A stretch of DNA of 64,000 bases from positions 558,001 through 622,000 of the forward strand of contig CAWJLW010000006.1 in NCBI GenBank assembly GCA_963843795.1, written 5' to 3'. Source of the stretch: an uncultured bacterium (GTDB taxonomy: Bacteria; Armatimonadota; Abditibacteriia; Abditibacteriales; Abditibacteriaceae). Every line of letters begins with the position of its first letter. Positions within the stretch are counted from its first letter, which is position 1. Below are positions 21,698 to 31,137 of the stretch, piece after piece. Below the pieces are notes generated by a model, which saw only the letters and a program-made list of their open reading frames with translations, had not been told where the DNA came from and did no database searches. A program made the position numbers and the translations under genes.

Positions 21698-23377
21698 ATG
21701 CAAAAATCACATTGGATGGGGCCGATTCTGACTACAGCGGCAGCGCTGGTTGCGGTCGTGCCCGCGTGGGCGCAAGACCCGCGCATCACTTATCCCAGCG
21801 AAGGCGAAGATGTGCGTGGCGAAATTACCATTCGCTACGAAGGCGTGCCCGCCGGTGGCTACGCGATGGTTTACGTCGACCCCGATACTGCCGAAGGTCG
21901 TCAACCCTTGACCGCAACTGCAGAAAATTCGTTTGTTCTCGATACTTTTCTCGATGCCATCAATCGTGTGCGTCTGGGCGATGGCCCGCATAAGCTGCGC
22001 GTAGTTACGGTCAATAACACCGGACGCCGCGCAGGTCAGGCTGAAGTCAATTTCAATATCGCGAATAATAAAGTCAATGTTACTGCCGATGGCGTGAAGT
22101 TGATTCACTGGACAGAGCAGGATCGCATTGAAAACGAAGTCAAGCGTTATCGTATCTTCGCCGAAAGCAACGCGGTGATTGAAGAACCCAGCGGCGGTGG
22201 TGGCGGTATGTCTGGCGGCAGTGGCATGAGCGCTGGTGGCGGCGAAGGCGGTGGCGGTGGCGGCGCAGAAGGTGAAAGCGCCCCGCTGGATTATCAAATT
22301 TCGGCCCTCGTGCGCCAGGTCGTGCGCGATGTCGATATGGTTGATGGCTCGGCCAACATTCGGACTGTGGTTGATCGCGCGTTCGAGCGCCAGCGGGAAG
22401 GCGAGGACGCGGGCGGCGGTGGAGAAGGCGGCGCAGCGATGGGCTCTTCCGGTGGGCGCAGTGGTGGTGGCGGTGGCGGCGCAAGTAAAGGGCCGGGCAA
22501 AGCGCCGTGGAATCCCGAATGGAATCAGGCGCAGGAAGCTGGCAAATATTATGTCAAAATGATTCAGCCCAGTGGCGTGGAAATTAACGCTACGCGTAAG
22601 CAGCCCACGATTGCACTGGGCGATTTGCTGCCGACATTTCCTCTAGGCGAGGTGCGTCCGGGTTCGACGTGGGAAACTTCAATGACGATGATTGGTGAAC
22701 TTGCCGAACGCACGCCAATTAACATTCGTAATGCACCCATCACATTCACGTCGCGCGAAGATTTAGTCACTCCTGCGGGCGTGACGATCAATTGCGCCAA
22801 GCTGGAATCGCGCTTCAGTCTGCCCGCCGGTCAGGCGACGGAAACCGCCAAAACTTTGGCCGAGCGTGCTGGCACCGGTGGCGGCGCAGGAGGCAGCGGC
22901 GGTGAATCGGGGACTCCAAGCAGTGGCGGAAGTAGTGGAGGTCGAGGCAGCGGCGGCGGTGAAGGCGGCGGAACGGAAGTTGAAGTGAAAAACGCCCGTG
23001 CCCGTGTTTCGCGCGTATTGTGGTTCGATGTCGCCAATCGTCAGGTCTTGCGTTCGGAAGATACTGTCGATGTTTATTACGAGCAGGAAGGCACCGGTGG
23101 CGCAGCAGGTGGTGGCAGCGGTAGCGGTGGAACACCCAGCGGCGGTTCTTCGGGCGGACGCGGCATGATGGGTGGACGTGGTGGCATGGCGATGGGCGGC
23201 GAGGCTGGCGGAGGTGCACCTGCGGAGCCAACTAAAGTCAATTATAATCAGCGCATCACGACGTGGCTCGATGATACTGTTCCGCCACCGACCGACCAGT
23301 TCAATGGCGGTGCCGGAACCGCGCACTCGCGCGATAGCATTGTTGATCCCACGATTGAACGCGTTTTAAATCGTTGA
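21698..23377 (+). CDS. Secreted hypothetical protein with an Ig-like N-terminus and several Gly/Ser-rich loops
   Basis: RBS GAGGAG, signal peptide ending PAWA|Q, ordered beta-rich segments interrupted by four poly-Gly/Ser tracts. Confidence 0.75.
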   Translation: MQKSHWMGPILTTAAALVAVVPAWAQDPRITYPSEGEDVRGEITIRYEGVPAGGYAMVYVDPDTAEGRQPLTATAENSFVLDTFLDAINRVRLGDGPHKLRVVTVNNTGRRAGQAEVNFNIANNKVNVTADGVKLIHWTEQDRIENEVKRYRIFAESNAVIEEPSGGGGGMSGGSGMSAGGGEGGGGGGAEGESAPLDYQISALVRQVVRDVDMVDGSANIRTVVDRAFERQREGEDAGGGGEGGAAMGSSGGRSGGGGGGASKGPGKAPWNPEWNQAQEAGKYYVKMIQPSGVEINATRKQPTIALGDLLPTFPLGEVRPGSTWETSMTMIGELAERTPINIRNAPITFTSREDLVTPAGVTINCAKLESRFSLPAGQATETAKTLAERAGTGGGAGGSGGESGTPSSGGSSGGRGSGGGEGGGTEVEVKNARARVSRVLWFDVANRQVLRSEDTVDVYYEQEGTGGAAGGGSGSGGTPSGGSSGGRGMMGGRGGMAMGGEAGGGAPAEPTKVNYNQRITTWLDDTVPPPTDQFNGGAGTAHSRDSIVDPTIERVLNR

Positions 23378-23386
23378 AAACGACTC

Positions 23387-23467
23387 AAAAACAAACGCCG
23401 CCATCAAGTGATGGCGGCGTTTGTTTTTATAGTAAAAGCGCGCTGCAAGTACTTGCAGCGCGCTTTT
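23387..23467. terminator. Two tandem bidirectional hairpins between convergent genes
   Basis: AAAAACAAACGCCGCCATCA-AG-TGATGGCGGCGTTTGTTTTT (23387-23428), then a 34-bp perfect palindrome on the 12-mer (23434-23467). Confidence 0.85.
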
Positions 23468-23483
23468 GTCAGTTTAGATTCGA

Positions 23484-24365
23484 TTATTTTACGATTGTTG
23501 GCTCGGCATTTGTCACTGCGACATTTAAGTTGCCGCGTCGATAGCCTTCCAAATTCAGCAGCACTTGCGCATAGCCAATTTCTTTCAAATGTTCAGTCGC
23601 TTCGGCATAAAATTCCAGAAAACGCGCCATTTCGTGCGGCGCAATTTCTAATCGCGCTTGCGGACGTTCGTGTTCGACGTAATGACGCACGCGCACTTCG
23701 CGCAAACCGCGCTCGCGCAACCATGCTTCACCACGCCCGATCATTTGTAGCGCTTCGCGCGTGACCGGTGTGCCATAAGGGATGCGAGAACTGAGGCACG
23801 GCATCGCTGGTTTGTCCCATGTGGGCAAACCGGCGCGGCGCGACAAAATGCGAATTTCGGCCTTGTTTAAATTTGCTTCATAAAGTGGAGAACGAATCGC
23901 ACGTTCGCGTCCGGCTTGCGCGCCAGGCCGCCATTCTTTCAAATCGTCGGCGTTGGTGCCGTCGCAAACCGCGTCGAATGAAGTGTCGCGCGCAAGTACT
24001 TGCAGTGTGTCGAACAATTCGCTTTTGCAGAAATAACAGCGATTGGTCGGGTTGGAAGCGTAATTTTCGTCTTCCATTTCGTGCGTTTCGACTTCGCGTA
24101 GCGGCACGTTCATTTGCTGAGCGAGTTGACGCGCTTCTTCCAGTTCCTCGGGCATCAAAGACGGAGAAATGCCGATAGTCGCTTGCGCGTTTTCGCCCAG
24201 CTCCTCGCGCGCGACGTGAAGCAAATACGCCGAATCAACGCCACCGGAATACGCGATAATCGCACGCGAAAAGCCGCGCAGAATTTCGCGCAAACGCGCT
24301 TCTTTTTCCTGTAAAACCGCTTCGTCGGGTGCGGTGTTGAAGTTCAATTGGATTAAATCAGACAT
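23484..24365 (-). CDS. larE: LarE-like ATP-dependent sulfur transferase (PP-loop, TIGR00268 type)
   Basis: AYSGGVDS PP-loop, NRCYFCK, DGTNADD..RPG, WDKPAMPCLSSRIPYG, VRVRH. Confidence 0.88.
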   Translation of the reverse strand: MSDLIQLNFNTAPDEAVLQEKEARLREILRGFSRAIIAYSGGVDSAYLLHVAREELGENAQATIGISPSLMPEELEEARQLAQQMNVPLREVETHEMEDENYASNPTNRCYFCKSELFDTLQVLARDTSFDAVCDGTNADDLKEWRPGAQAGRERAIRSPLYEANLNKAEIRILSRRAGLPTWDKPAMPCLSSRIPYGTPVTREALQMIGRGEAWLRERGLREVRVRHYVEHERPQARLEIAPHEMARFLEFYAEATEHLKEIGYAQVLLNLEGYRRGNLNVAVTNAEPTIVK

Positions 24366-24426
24366 GCTTTAAGTGTCGCATAATTGAGTGCGCGTGGCTG
24401 TGGGACGCCGATTTTGCGCGCGTCAC

Positions 24427-24435
24427 TGTTATAAT
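24427..24435 (+). promoter_or_regulatory. Extended -10 promoter, probably giving a leaderless mRNA
   Basis: TG-T-TATAAT, 7 nt before ATG 24443; no Shine-Dalgarno. Confidence 0.65.
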
Positions 24436-24442
24436 TTGTCAT

Positions 24443-25303
24443 ATGAAAAAAGCATGGTTGTGTCTGCTGACGGTTCTTTGTTTTTGCATTTCTCCCAGTT
24501 GGAGCGCACAGGTACAAACGCTGGATGTTCCCAGCGCGGCAATGAAAAAAGATTATCGCGCCAATGTGGTTTTGCCCGATTCTTACGCGAAAAGTGAAGC
24601 GAAATTTCCGGTTTTATATTTGTTGCATGGCGCGTGGGGACATTTCGATGATTGGCTGAATAAAACGCCTGACAAAATGCTGGTACAGAATCTGGCGGAT
24701 GCGCACAATTTGATTATCGTAATGCCCGAAGGTGAAACTTTCGGTTTTTATCTCGATAGCCCGATCAAAGCCGATAATCAGTTTGAAACTTACATCACGC
24801 GGGAAGTTATCGCAAAAATTGACGCGTCTTTTCGCACAGTGCCGGAGAAAAAAGGTCGCGTAATTACCGGTCTTTCGATGGGCGGGCATGGCGCGCTTTA
24901 CCTCGCGACGCGCCATCCCGATTTGTTCTGCGCGGCGGGCAGTATGAGCGGCGCTGTCGATACCACGAAGCTGGGTTTCAACGAACAGTTCGCAACGATT
25001 TTAGGGCCGCGTGGTGCGACGCCCGATTTATATGCCGCTCATTCGGTGGTTTTAATGGTCGATAAAATGAAAGGCAACGCTTTGCCGATGACCATTGATT
25101 GCGGCGTCGATGATTTTCTCATTGAACTCAATCGGGATTTGCATCGCCGTTTGGTCGAAGCCAAAGTGCCGCACGATTACACCGAACGGCCTGGTGCGCA
25201 CACCTGGGAATACTGGCAAAATTCGTTGCCTTATCACATCTTGTTCTTCGAGAACATTTTGCAAGCCAATGGCTCATTGCCCGTGAAGGCTGACCAAAAA
25301 TAA
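24443..25303 (+). CDS. Secreted alpha/beta-hydrolase esterase (Esterase/XynC-like)
   Basis: Signal peptide, FPVLYLLHG, GLSMGG nucleophile elbow, DCGVDDF, GAHTWEYW. Confidence 0.9.
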   Translation: MKKAWLCLLTVLCFCISPSWSAQVQTLDVPSAAMKKDYRANVVLPDSYAKSEAKFPVLYLLHGAWGHFDDWLNKTPDKMLVQNLADAHNLIIVMPEGETFGFYLDSPIKADNQFETYITREVIAKIDASFRTVPEKKGRVITGLSMGGHGALYLATRHPDLFCAAGSMSGAVDTTKLGFNEQFATILGPRGATPDLYAAHSVVLMVDKMKGNALPMTIDCGVDDFLIELNRDLHRRLVEAKVPHDYTERPGAHTWEYWQNSLPYHILFFENILQANGSLPVKADQK

Positions 25304-25305
25304 GC

Positions 25306-25343
25306 CAAAAGCGTCGCTGCAAGTACTTGCAGCGACGCTTTTG
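25306..25343. terminator. Bidirectional terminator: 38-bp perfect palindrome on the 12-mer
   Basis: CAAAAGCGTCGCT-GCAAGTACTTGC-AGCGACGCTTTTG between convergent genes. Confidence 0.8.
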
Positions 25344-25353
25344 ATTTGCATTA

Positions 25354-26319
25354 CTAGCCTTCGACTGGCGCTAAAACTTTGAGCGCGCCGGGTAAAACGC
25401 GCACTTCGACTGGCGTGCGGCCCCATTCGTCGCCATCGAGTTGAATCGGCACGCTGGGCGTGCTTTCCAATGTCAGTTGTCGCGTTTTCCAATATAGGGC
25501 AGTACCGCGTTCTACGTGCTGGCCAATTAACATCATCATCGCTTGCTGAACCGAAAATAGTTTGTTTTCATAAGGCAGCAAACACACATCGACCAAGCCA
25601 TCGTCTAACTTCGCGCGACCCGTCACACGAATATCCCACGCATACGACGCGGCGTTGCCGATGATAACCAGCCACGCTTGATCGTCGAAAATGCGCCCGT
25701 CGCCAAATTGCAGTGTCATGCGACTGCCCTTGTGCAACACGGCGTTTTGCAAACTTTTCAACGCATAAGCGAAATCGCGCAAGACGAATTTGAGGCGCAA
25801 ACTGGTTTCTTCGATGACTTTGGCATCGAAACCAACGCCGGCCATGAGAACGAAATGACGGATTTTTTCAGGGTTTTCAAAAGTGGCCGCACTTTTGGCG
25901 ACACCGACATCAATGATGCGTACATTGCCCGCGCGCAGCACGCGACAGGCTTCGCGCGCATTGCGCCCGATGTGCAAATTGAACGCGAACACGTTGCCGG
26001 TTCCAATCGGCAAAACGCCCAAAGTGGTGTGGCGCACCACAACTTTTTTTTGGCCCTGGGTCACGCGCATCAACCCATTGACGACGGCATTGACCGTCCC
26101 ATCGCCGCCCGCTGCGATGACATAAGGCACACGTTGCTGCGCCGCTTGAGCCGCGCGTTCTTCCACACGCAGCGGATCGGTTTCCATTACAACCTCGACG
26201 CTGTGGCCGTGACGTTCCAAATCGTTGCGCGCCAGTTCGATCCAGCGCGTGCGCGAAGGCTTAACGGCTGCCGCGCCCGCCGTCGGGTTGGCCAAAATCA
26301 GATAATGATCTTTCGGCAT
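25354..26319 (-). CDS. Diacylglycerol/lipid kinase family (YegS/DgkB/BmrU-like)
   Basis: NPTAG, AAGGDGTVNAVVNGL, LPIGTGNVFA, AGVGFDA, QLDGD; start at ATG 26319. Confidence 0.92.
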   Translation of the reverse strand: MPKDHYLILANPTAGAAAVKPSRTRWIELARNDLERHGHSVEVVMETDPLRVEERAAQAAQQRVPYVIAAGGDGTVNAVVNGLMRVTQGQKKVVVRHTTLGVLPIGTGNVFAFNLHIGRNAREACRVLRAGNVRIIDVGVAKSAATFENPEKIRHFVLMAGVGFDAKVIEETSLRLKFVLRDFAYALKSLQNAVLHKGSRMTLQFGDGRIFDDQAWLVIIGNAASYAWDIRVTGRAKLDDGLVDVCLLPYENKLFSVQQAMMMLIGQHVERGTALYWKTRQLTLESTPSVPIQLDGDEWGRTPVEVRVLPGALKVLAPVEG

Positions 26320-26336
26320 AGATTCACGAAGGCAAA

Positions 26337-26368
26337 AAAGCATTCTGCAAGTACTTGCAGAATGCTTT
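26337..26368 (-). terminator. 32-bp perfect palindrome on the 12-mer after spoVS
   Basis: AAAGCATTCT-GCAAGTACTTGC-AGAATGCTTT with a T6 tail on the minus strand. Confidence 0.7.
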
Positions 26369-26378
26369 ACCCATTCAA

Positions 26379-26648
26379 TTAACGAGGTTGGCGTGGCTGA
26401 ACCAAAAGCCGAATCGCGGTGCGTTCGTTGCCATCAATTTCGATGTCGGAAAAGCTGGGCGTGCACACTAAGTCAATACCGCCGGGCGCTAAAAATCCGC
26501 GCGCGATGGCGATAGCTTTAATGGCCTGATTAAGTGCGCCCGCGCCGACAGTTTGCACTTCGACAATGCCGTTCTCGCGAATCACGCCCGCAATCGCTCC
26601 GGCCACAGTATTGGGCTTGCTCTTGGCCCCAACGCGTAAAGTTTCCAT
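26379..26648 (-). CDS. spoVS: Stage V sporulation protein S family
   Basis: LRVGAKSKPNTVAGAIAG, VGAGALNQAIKAIAIARGF, P-x-F..IDGNERTAI. Confidence 0.95.
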   Translation of the reverse strand: METLRVGAKSKPNTVAGAIAGVIRENGIVEVQTVGAGALNQAIKAIAIARGFLAPGGIDLVCTPSFSDIEIDGNERTAIRLLVQPRQPR

Positions 26649-26751
26649 GATGTTGTTCGATGAAGGCTGTAATGACTGCAATGGTTGCTTAATGCTGCAA
26701 ATACTTTAGCGCAGTTTAACGTGCGCAATTGATTTGGCGGGTCTAACGGGC

Positions 26752-28348
26752 TTAGCGTGCGTAATCAACCGAACGCATTTCGCGAATCACGGTGATTTTA
26801 ATTTCTCCTGGATAAGTCATTTCGTCCTGAATGCGTTGTGCCACTTCTCGCGCCATTCGAAGCGATGAAACATCATCGACTTTGTCCGGCTTCACCACGA
26901 TGCGCACTTCGCGTCCGGCCTGAATCGCGTATGATTTTTCAACGCCATGAAAGCTATCGGCGATTTTTTCCAACGCTTGCAAGCGCTTGATATAAATCTC
27001 GACGTTTTCGCGCCGCGCGCCGGGGCGGCTACTCGAAATTGCATCAGCGATTTGCACAATAACCGATTCCAGCGAACTCATTGCTGTCGGGTCCATGTGA
27101 TGTTCGCCCGCCGCAATAACAACCGCTTCGCTTTCTTTGTGCTTTCGCATCAATTCCACTCCCAGATCAACGTGCGTGCCTTCCTGATCGTGATCGAGAG
27201 CTTTGCCGATGTCGTGCAACAAACCGGCGCGCTTGCAAACCAGAACGTTGGCGCCGATTTCGGCCGCGATATTGGCGGCAATGGTCGAAACTTCAACCGA
27301 ATGTTTGAGAATATTTTGGCCGTAAGATGTGCGGTACAAGCAAGCGCCCGAACACTTCCAGCAGCGGCTTGGTCAAGCGCACATTGGCGTCGCTGGTCGC
27401 GCGGTCGGCGGCCTCGCGCATCTTCTGCTGCACTTCGGTTTTGGCCTTATTCAGCATATCTTCGATGCGCGCCGGATGAATGCGGCCATCGTTGACCAAG
27501 TTCGCGAGGGCAATTTTGGCGATTTCGCGGCGCACCGGCTCAAAGCTGGAAACTACAACGGCTTCGGGCGTGTCGTCGATAATTAAATCGCAGCCGGATA
27601 ATTGCTCGAACGTGCGAATGTTACGGCCTTCGCGCCCGATAATGCGGCCTTTGATGTCGTCGCTGGGCAGCGCGACGACCGAAACCGAGCTTTCAGCTGT
27701 TTGGTCAACAGCGCAACGCTGAATTGCCATCGTAATGACTTTACGTGCACGCGTTTCGCTTTCCTCGCGCATTTCGTCTTCGATGCGGCGCGCGACATGG
27801 TTCATTTCTTCGCGCGTTTGTTCGGCCACGCGCGACAATAAAAGTTCGCGTGCTTCGGGCTGCGGCAGTTGAGCAACACGCTCGAGTTCGCGCGTTTGTT
27901 CTTCGACTAATTTGTCGATGTCGAGAGTGCGCTCTTCGATTTTAATCTCACGGTCGGCCAGAGTTTTTTCTTTAGCATCAAGACCTTTGGCACGACGGTC
28001 GAGCTGGCTGTCGCGGTCGCGCAGACGGCGCTCGGAATCTTTGAGTTCCTGACGACGTTCGACGTTTTCGCGCTCGATGGTTTCGCGCAGTTTAGCGGCT
28101 TCGATTTGTGCATTTTCGCGCGCTTCGATCTGCAATTCGCGCATACGCGCTTCGATCAAATTCCGTGATTCTTCACCCAAACGCTTGGCTTCGAGTGCTG
28201 CGGCTTCGGCGTTACGACGGGCAGTTTCGGCTTCTTGTAAGGCTTTTTGTGTTTCGAGTGTTTTGCTTTTGTTGAGAGCGATCATCGCGGCAATTCCGAG
28301 CAAAACGCCCAAGATTCCCGCAATGGCCACCCAGATTCCGTTGTCCAT
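26752..28348 (-). pseudogene. rny: Ribonuclease Y, split by an apparent +1 frameshift near 27340 (real lesion or sequencing error)
   Basis: TM anchor, coiled coil and KH domain (KGRIIGREGRNIR) in ORF 27293-28597 (start ATG 28348); HD domain (YRTSYGQN, LLHDIGK, ADAISSSRPGAR, YAIQAGRE) in ORF 26752-27339. Confidence 0.92.
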
Positions 28349-28989
28349 GGCTATTCCCCGCTTCGTGGCTGTAATGATGTGGTGTGAGCGGAACGCCTTT
28401 TTTCTCGAATACTTGAAAATAGGAAGCAAGTACTTGCGAGCGGTTTGCGAGTGAAAACGAGAGTACGCCAGATGAGAAATCGCACCTTGTAAAGCGCGCC
28501 GCATGCAACCAGGCGCGCACAAATTGGGGCAATGCGAAATAGAATCCGTGCCGCTGGGCGTCTCGATAATGACGAAATTTCGGGTTCGCCCCGTCACCGT
28601 TTGGGCGCGCGATCAACCACTGCAAAAAGAGCAGAGGGGCCAGAGCGCGATTTACGGAAAAACGGAAAGCAAAGGCAATTGTCATTGTCGAAAAATCGGT
28701 CAAGATGGAAACGGCTAATAAACACTGCAAGCAACATTTGGCTACAAATAGCGCAGCAAGACGAAGGGCAGTGTGGCTTGGGAATATCTTCGCATCATTG
28801 CGCAACTTCCCAGTGGAATTTTCCAATCGAAAGTTGCAAGCGATGGTGGAAGAAAATTTTCTCATGAAAGACACGGCATTGTCACCGTGTCGGGGCGTAC
28901 CTAAAACACAAAATCAGGAGCACTAGCGCGCGTCAAAGCGCCCGAATGCGACCCGAAATTAAAGACGTTCCGGCACAACAGATATTTTT

Positions 28990-28998
28990 ATTATAACA
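28990..28998 (-). promoter_or_regulatory. Extended -10 promoter facing rny
   Basis: Minus strand reads TG-T-TATAAT, just downstream of the 29036-29076 hairpin. Confidence 0.55.
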
Positions 28999-29035
28999 GC
29001 CTTCGGTTGCCTTTCGTCAGCGCCGGTCACGAAAA

Positions 29036-29076
29036 AGCGCCCTGCAAGTACTCGAGGCAAGTACTTGCAGGGCGCT
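29036..29076 (-). terminator. Terminator hairpin built from two copies/half-copies of the 12-mer
   Basis: AGCGCCCTGCAAGTACT-CGAGGCA-AGTACTTGCAGGGCGCT with a T-run on the minus strand. Confidence 0.75.
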
Positions 29077-29111
29077 CATGTACGAAATAGGTGATTAAAT
29101 TTCCTGAAAAA

Positions 29112-29690
29112 TCAATCGATATCCAAATCATCCAACAGCCGCCGAAAGCGTTCGACTTCATCAGGCGTTTTGGCTTCGGACCGATGATCGGGAAAACCGG
29201 GTGGTGGCGGTGGCGTACCGAACTGCGAATCGTTTTGGTTCCACGCTTCATCGGCTGCTTTTTGCAGGTCTTCGTTGGGACGCGTCAGCATGGCTTCTTC
29301 GATGTCGATGAGCGCACTCAGGGCATCGCCATCAACGAAAACTGGGCAGCGCGCTCTCACCGCAATCGCGATGGCATCCGAGGGGCGCGCGTCGATGTGA
29401 CGCAAGCCACGCGGCGTGTCGATGTCTAGCGTGGCGTAAAACGTGGCGTCTTGCAAATCGTTGATGACAACGCGCGTGATGTGGCCGCGCGCACTGCGAA
29501 TCGAGGTGAGAAGCAAGTCGTGCGTACCCGGGCGCGGCGGCGCAATGCCTTCCATCTCCCAGGCGATAGCTTTGGCCTCATTGGGGCCGATCCAAATCGG
29601 CAGCAACTTGAGGCCATCCCAGTCTTTGAGCACGACCACCGTTTGGCGCAGGTGGTCGAAACCAATGCCTTCCACGATCATTCGCAACAT
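29112..29690 (-). CDS. Bifunctional nuclease family protein (DUF151)
   Basis: LPIWIGPNEAKAI, PRPGTHDLL, IDARPSDAIAIAVR. Confidence 0.92.
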   Translation of the reverse strand: MLRMIVEGIGFDHLRQTVVVLKDWDGLKLLPIWIGPNEAKAIAWEMEGIAPPRPGTHDLLLTSIRSARGHITRVVINDLQDATFYATLDIDTPRGLRHIDARPSDAIAIAVRARCPVFVDGDALSALIDIEEAMLTRPNEDLQKAADEAWNQNDSQFGTPPPPPGFPDHRSEAKTPDEVERFRRLLDDLDID

Positions 29691-29748
29691 TTTTTTCCTC
29701 TATGGTACTGTCTTCCGTTTCGCGCCTGCCCAAAAGGCATCCGCGAAA

Positions 29749-30993
29749 TTATGCTTTCAGCGCTTCAGTTTTTGCGATAGATTGCGCTGTGTATTCCCGC
29801 CATTCCTCGACACGCTGTTTCACGTCAATCATGGTATCGCCGCCGAATTTTTCCAGCAACGCATCGGCGAGAACAATGGCGACCATCGCTTCGCCGACTA
29901 CGCCCGCTGCGGGCACTGCGCAGTAATCCGAACGCTCGACGTGCGCGCCGGTCGCTTCGCCGTTGGTCGTGTTAACCGAAGGCAAGGCTTTCATCAGCGT
30001 GGAAATTGGTTTCATCGCCACCCGACACACCAAGGGTTCGCCATTAGTGACGCCGCCTTCCAAGCCGCCGGCATTATTGCTGCCTCGCGAAAGCGGCGCA
30101 TTGTGGCCGTTGGAATCGCCGTTTTCATGCGGCAGGAACGAATCGTGAGTTTGCGAACCGAAGCGACGCGCGGTTTCAAATCCCAGTCCGATTTCAACGC
30201 CTTTCATAGCGTGAATGCTCATCAAAGCGCCCGCCAGACGGCCATCCAATTTGCGATCCCAATGCACGAACGAACCCAGCCCAATCGGCAGATTATCGAC
30301 CCGCACTTCAAACACGCCGCCTACTGTATCGCCCTTTTCGCGCGCAGTGTCGATAGTCGCGATCATTTCATTTTCTTTGCTCGCATCCAGACAGCGCACC
30401 GGCGAAACATCGACGCGCTCGTTGAGGTCGCGCGCCGACAATTGTTGTGGCGTCAACGCGTTCGTATCGAGCTTCACTCCGCCCAGTTCAACGATGTGCG
30501 AACCAATGAAGATGCCGCATTCTTCCAGCAGCCGTCGCGCGACCGCTCCGACTGCAACCCGCATAGTGGTCTCGCGTGCGCTGGCGCGCTCCAAGATGTT
30601 GCGCATATCGTCTAAAGTCCGCAGTTTCAAACCGCCAGCGAAATCGACGTGGCCGGGACGCGGAATCTGAATTGGGCGCGTTTTCACGCTATCGTGTGGG
30701 TAGGGCGGAACGGGCGCGGCGTTCATTACCGGCCCCCACGATTCGTAATCGCGATTGGGAACGGTCAGGGCAATCGGCCCTCCCATGGTTTGACCGTGAC
30801 GAATACCAGCGGAAATTGCGGCGCGGTCGGTTTCGATTTTCATGCGTCCACCACGTCCGTAACCCTGCTGGCGACGCGCCAGCTGCGTATCAATCTGTTC
30901 GGCCAAAAGTGGAACGCCAGCGGGCATACCTTCGATAATAGCTGTCAGCGCGGGGCCATGCGATTCGCCCGCAGTAAGAAAACGAAAAATCAT
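29749..30993 (-). CDS. aroC: Chorismate synthase
   Basis: TAGESHG, RRQQGYGRG, RPGHVD, ERASARET, NNAGGLEGG, KPISTL, ERSD. Confidence 0.97.
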   Translation of the reverse strand: MIFRFLTAGESHGPALTAIIEGMPAGVPLLAEQIDTQLARRQQGYGRGGRMKIETDRAAISAGIRHGQTMGGPIALTVPNRDYESWGPVMNAAPVPPYPHDSVKTRPIQIPRPGHVDFAGGLKLRTLDDMRNILERASARETTMRVAVGAVARRLLEECGIFIGSHIVELGGVKLDTNALTPQQLSARDLNERVDVSPVRCLDASKENEMIATIDTAREKGDTVGGVFEVRVDNLPIGLGSFVHWDRKLDGRLAGALMSIHAMKGVEIGLGFETARRFGSQTHDSFLPHENGDSNGHNAPLSRGSNNAGGLEGGVTNGEPLVCRVAMKPISTLMKALPSVNTTNGEATGAHVERSDYCAVPAAGVVGEAMVAIVLADALLEKFGGDTMIDVKQRVEEWREYTAQSIAKTEALKA

Positions 30994-31074
30994 ATTGATG
31001 AGTATAGCCGCGCGCCACTTCAATTTTGATCTGATCTGACAAAAATTTCTGCCATAAACGCCACATCTAAATCA

Positions 31075-31118
31075 AAAGCGCCCTGCAAGTACTTCGCCGA
31101 GTACTTGCAGGGCGCTTT
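31075..31118 (-). terminator. Terminator after the secretin gene, built from two inverted partial 12-mers
   Basis: AAAGCGCCCTGCAAGTACT-TCGCCG-AGTACTTGCAGGGCGCTTT. Confidence 0.8.
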
Positions 31119-31137
31119 AAAGCAGTTCGAAGTTGAA

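Noticed and set aside
28212..28874. 220-aa minus-strand ORF upstream of and overlapping rny
   Set aside because: Overlaps rny out of frame, has no recognisable motifs, and its composition looks non-coding.
29443..30615. 390-aa plus-strand ORF; similar ones at 19086-20183 and 39686-40693
   Set aside because: Antisense to well-supported genes (aroC, surface protein/lnt, pilM); shadow ORFs.
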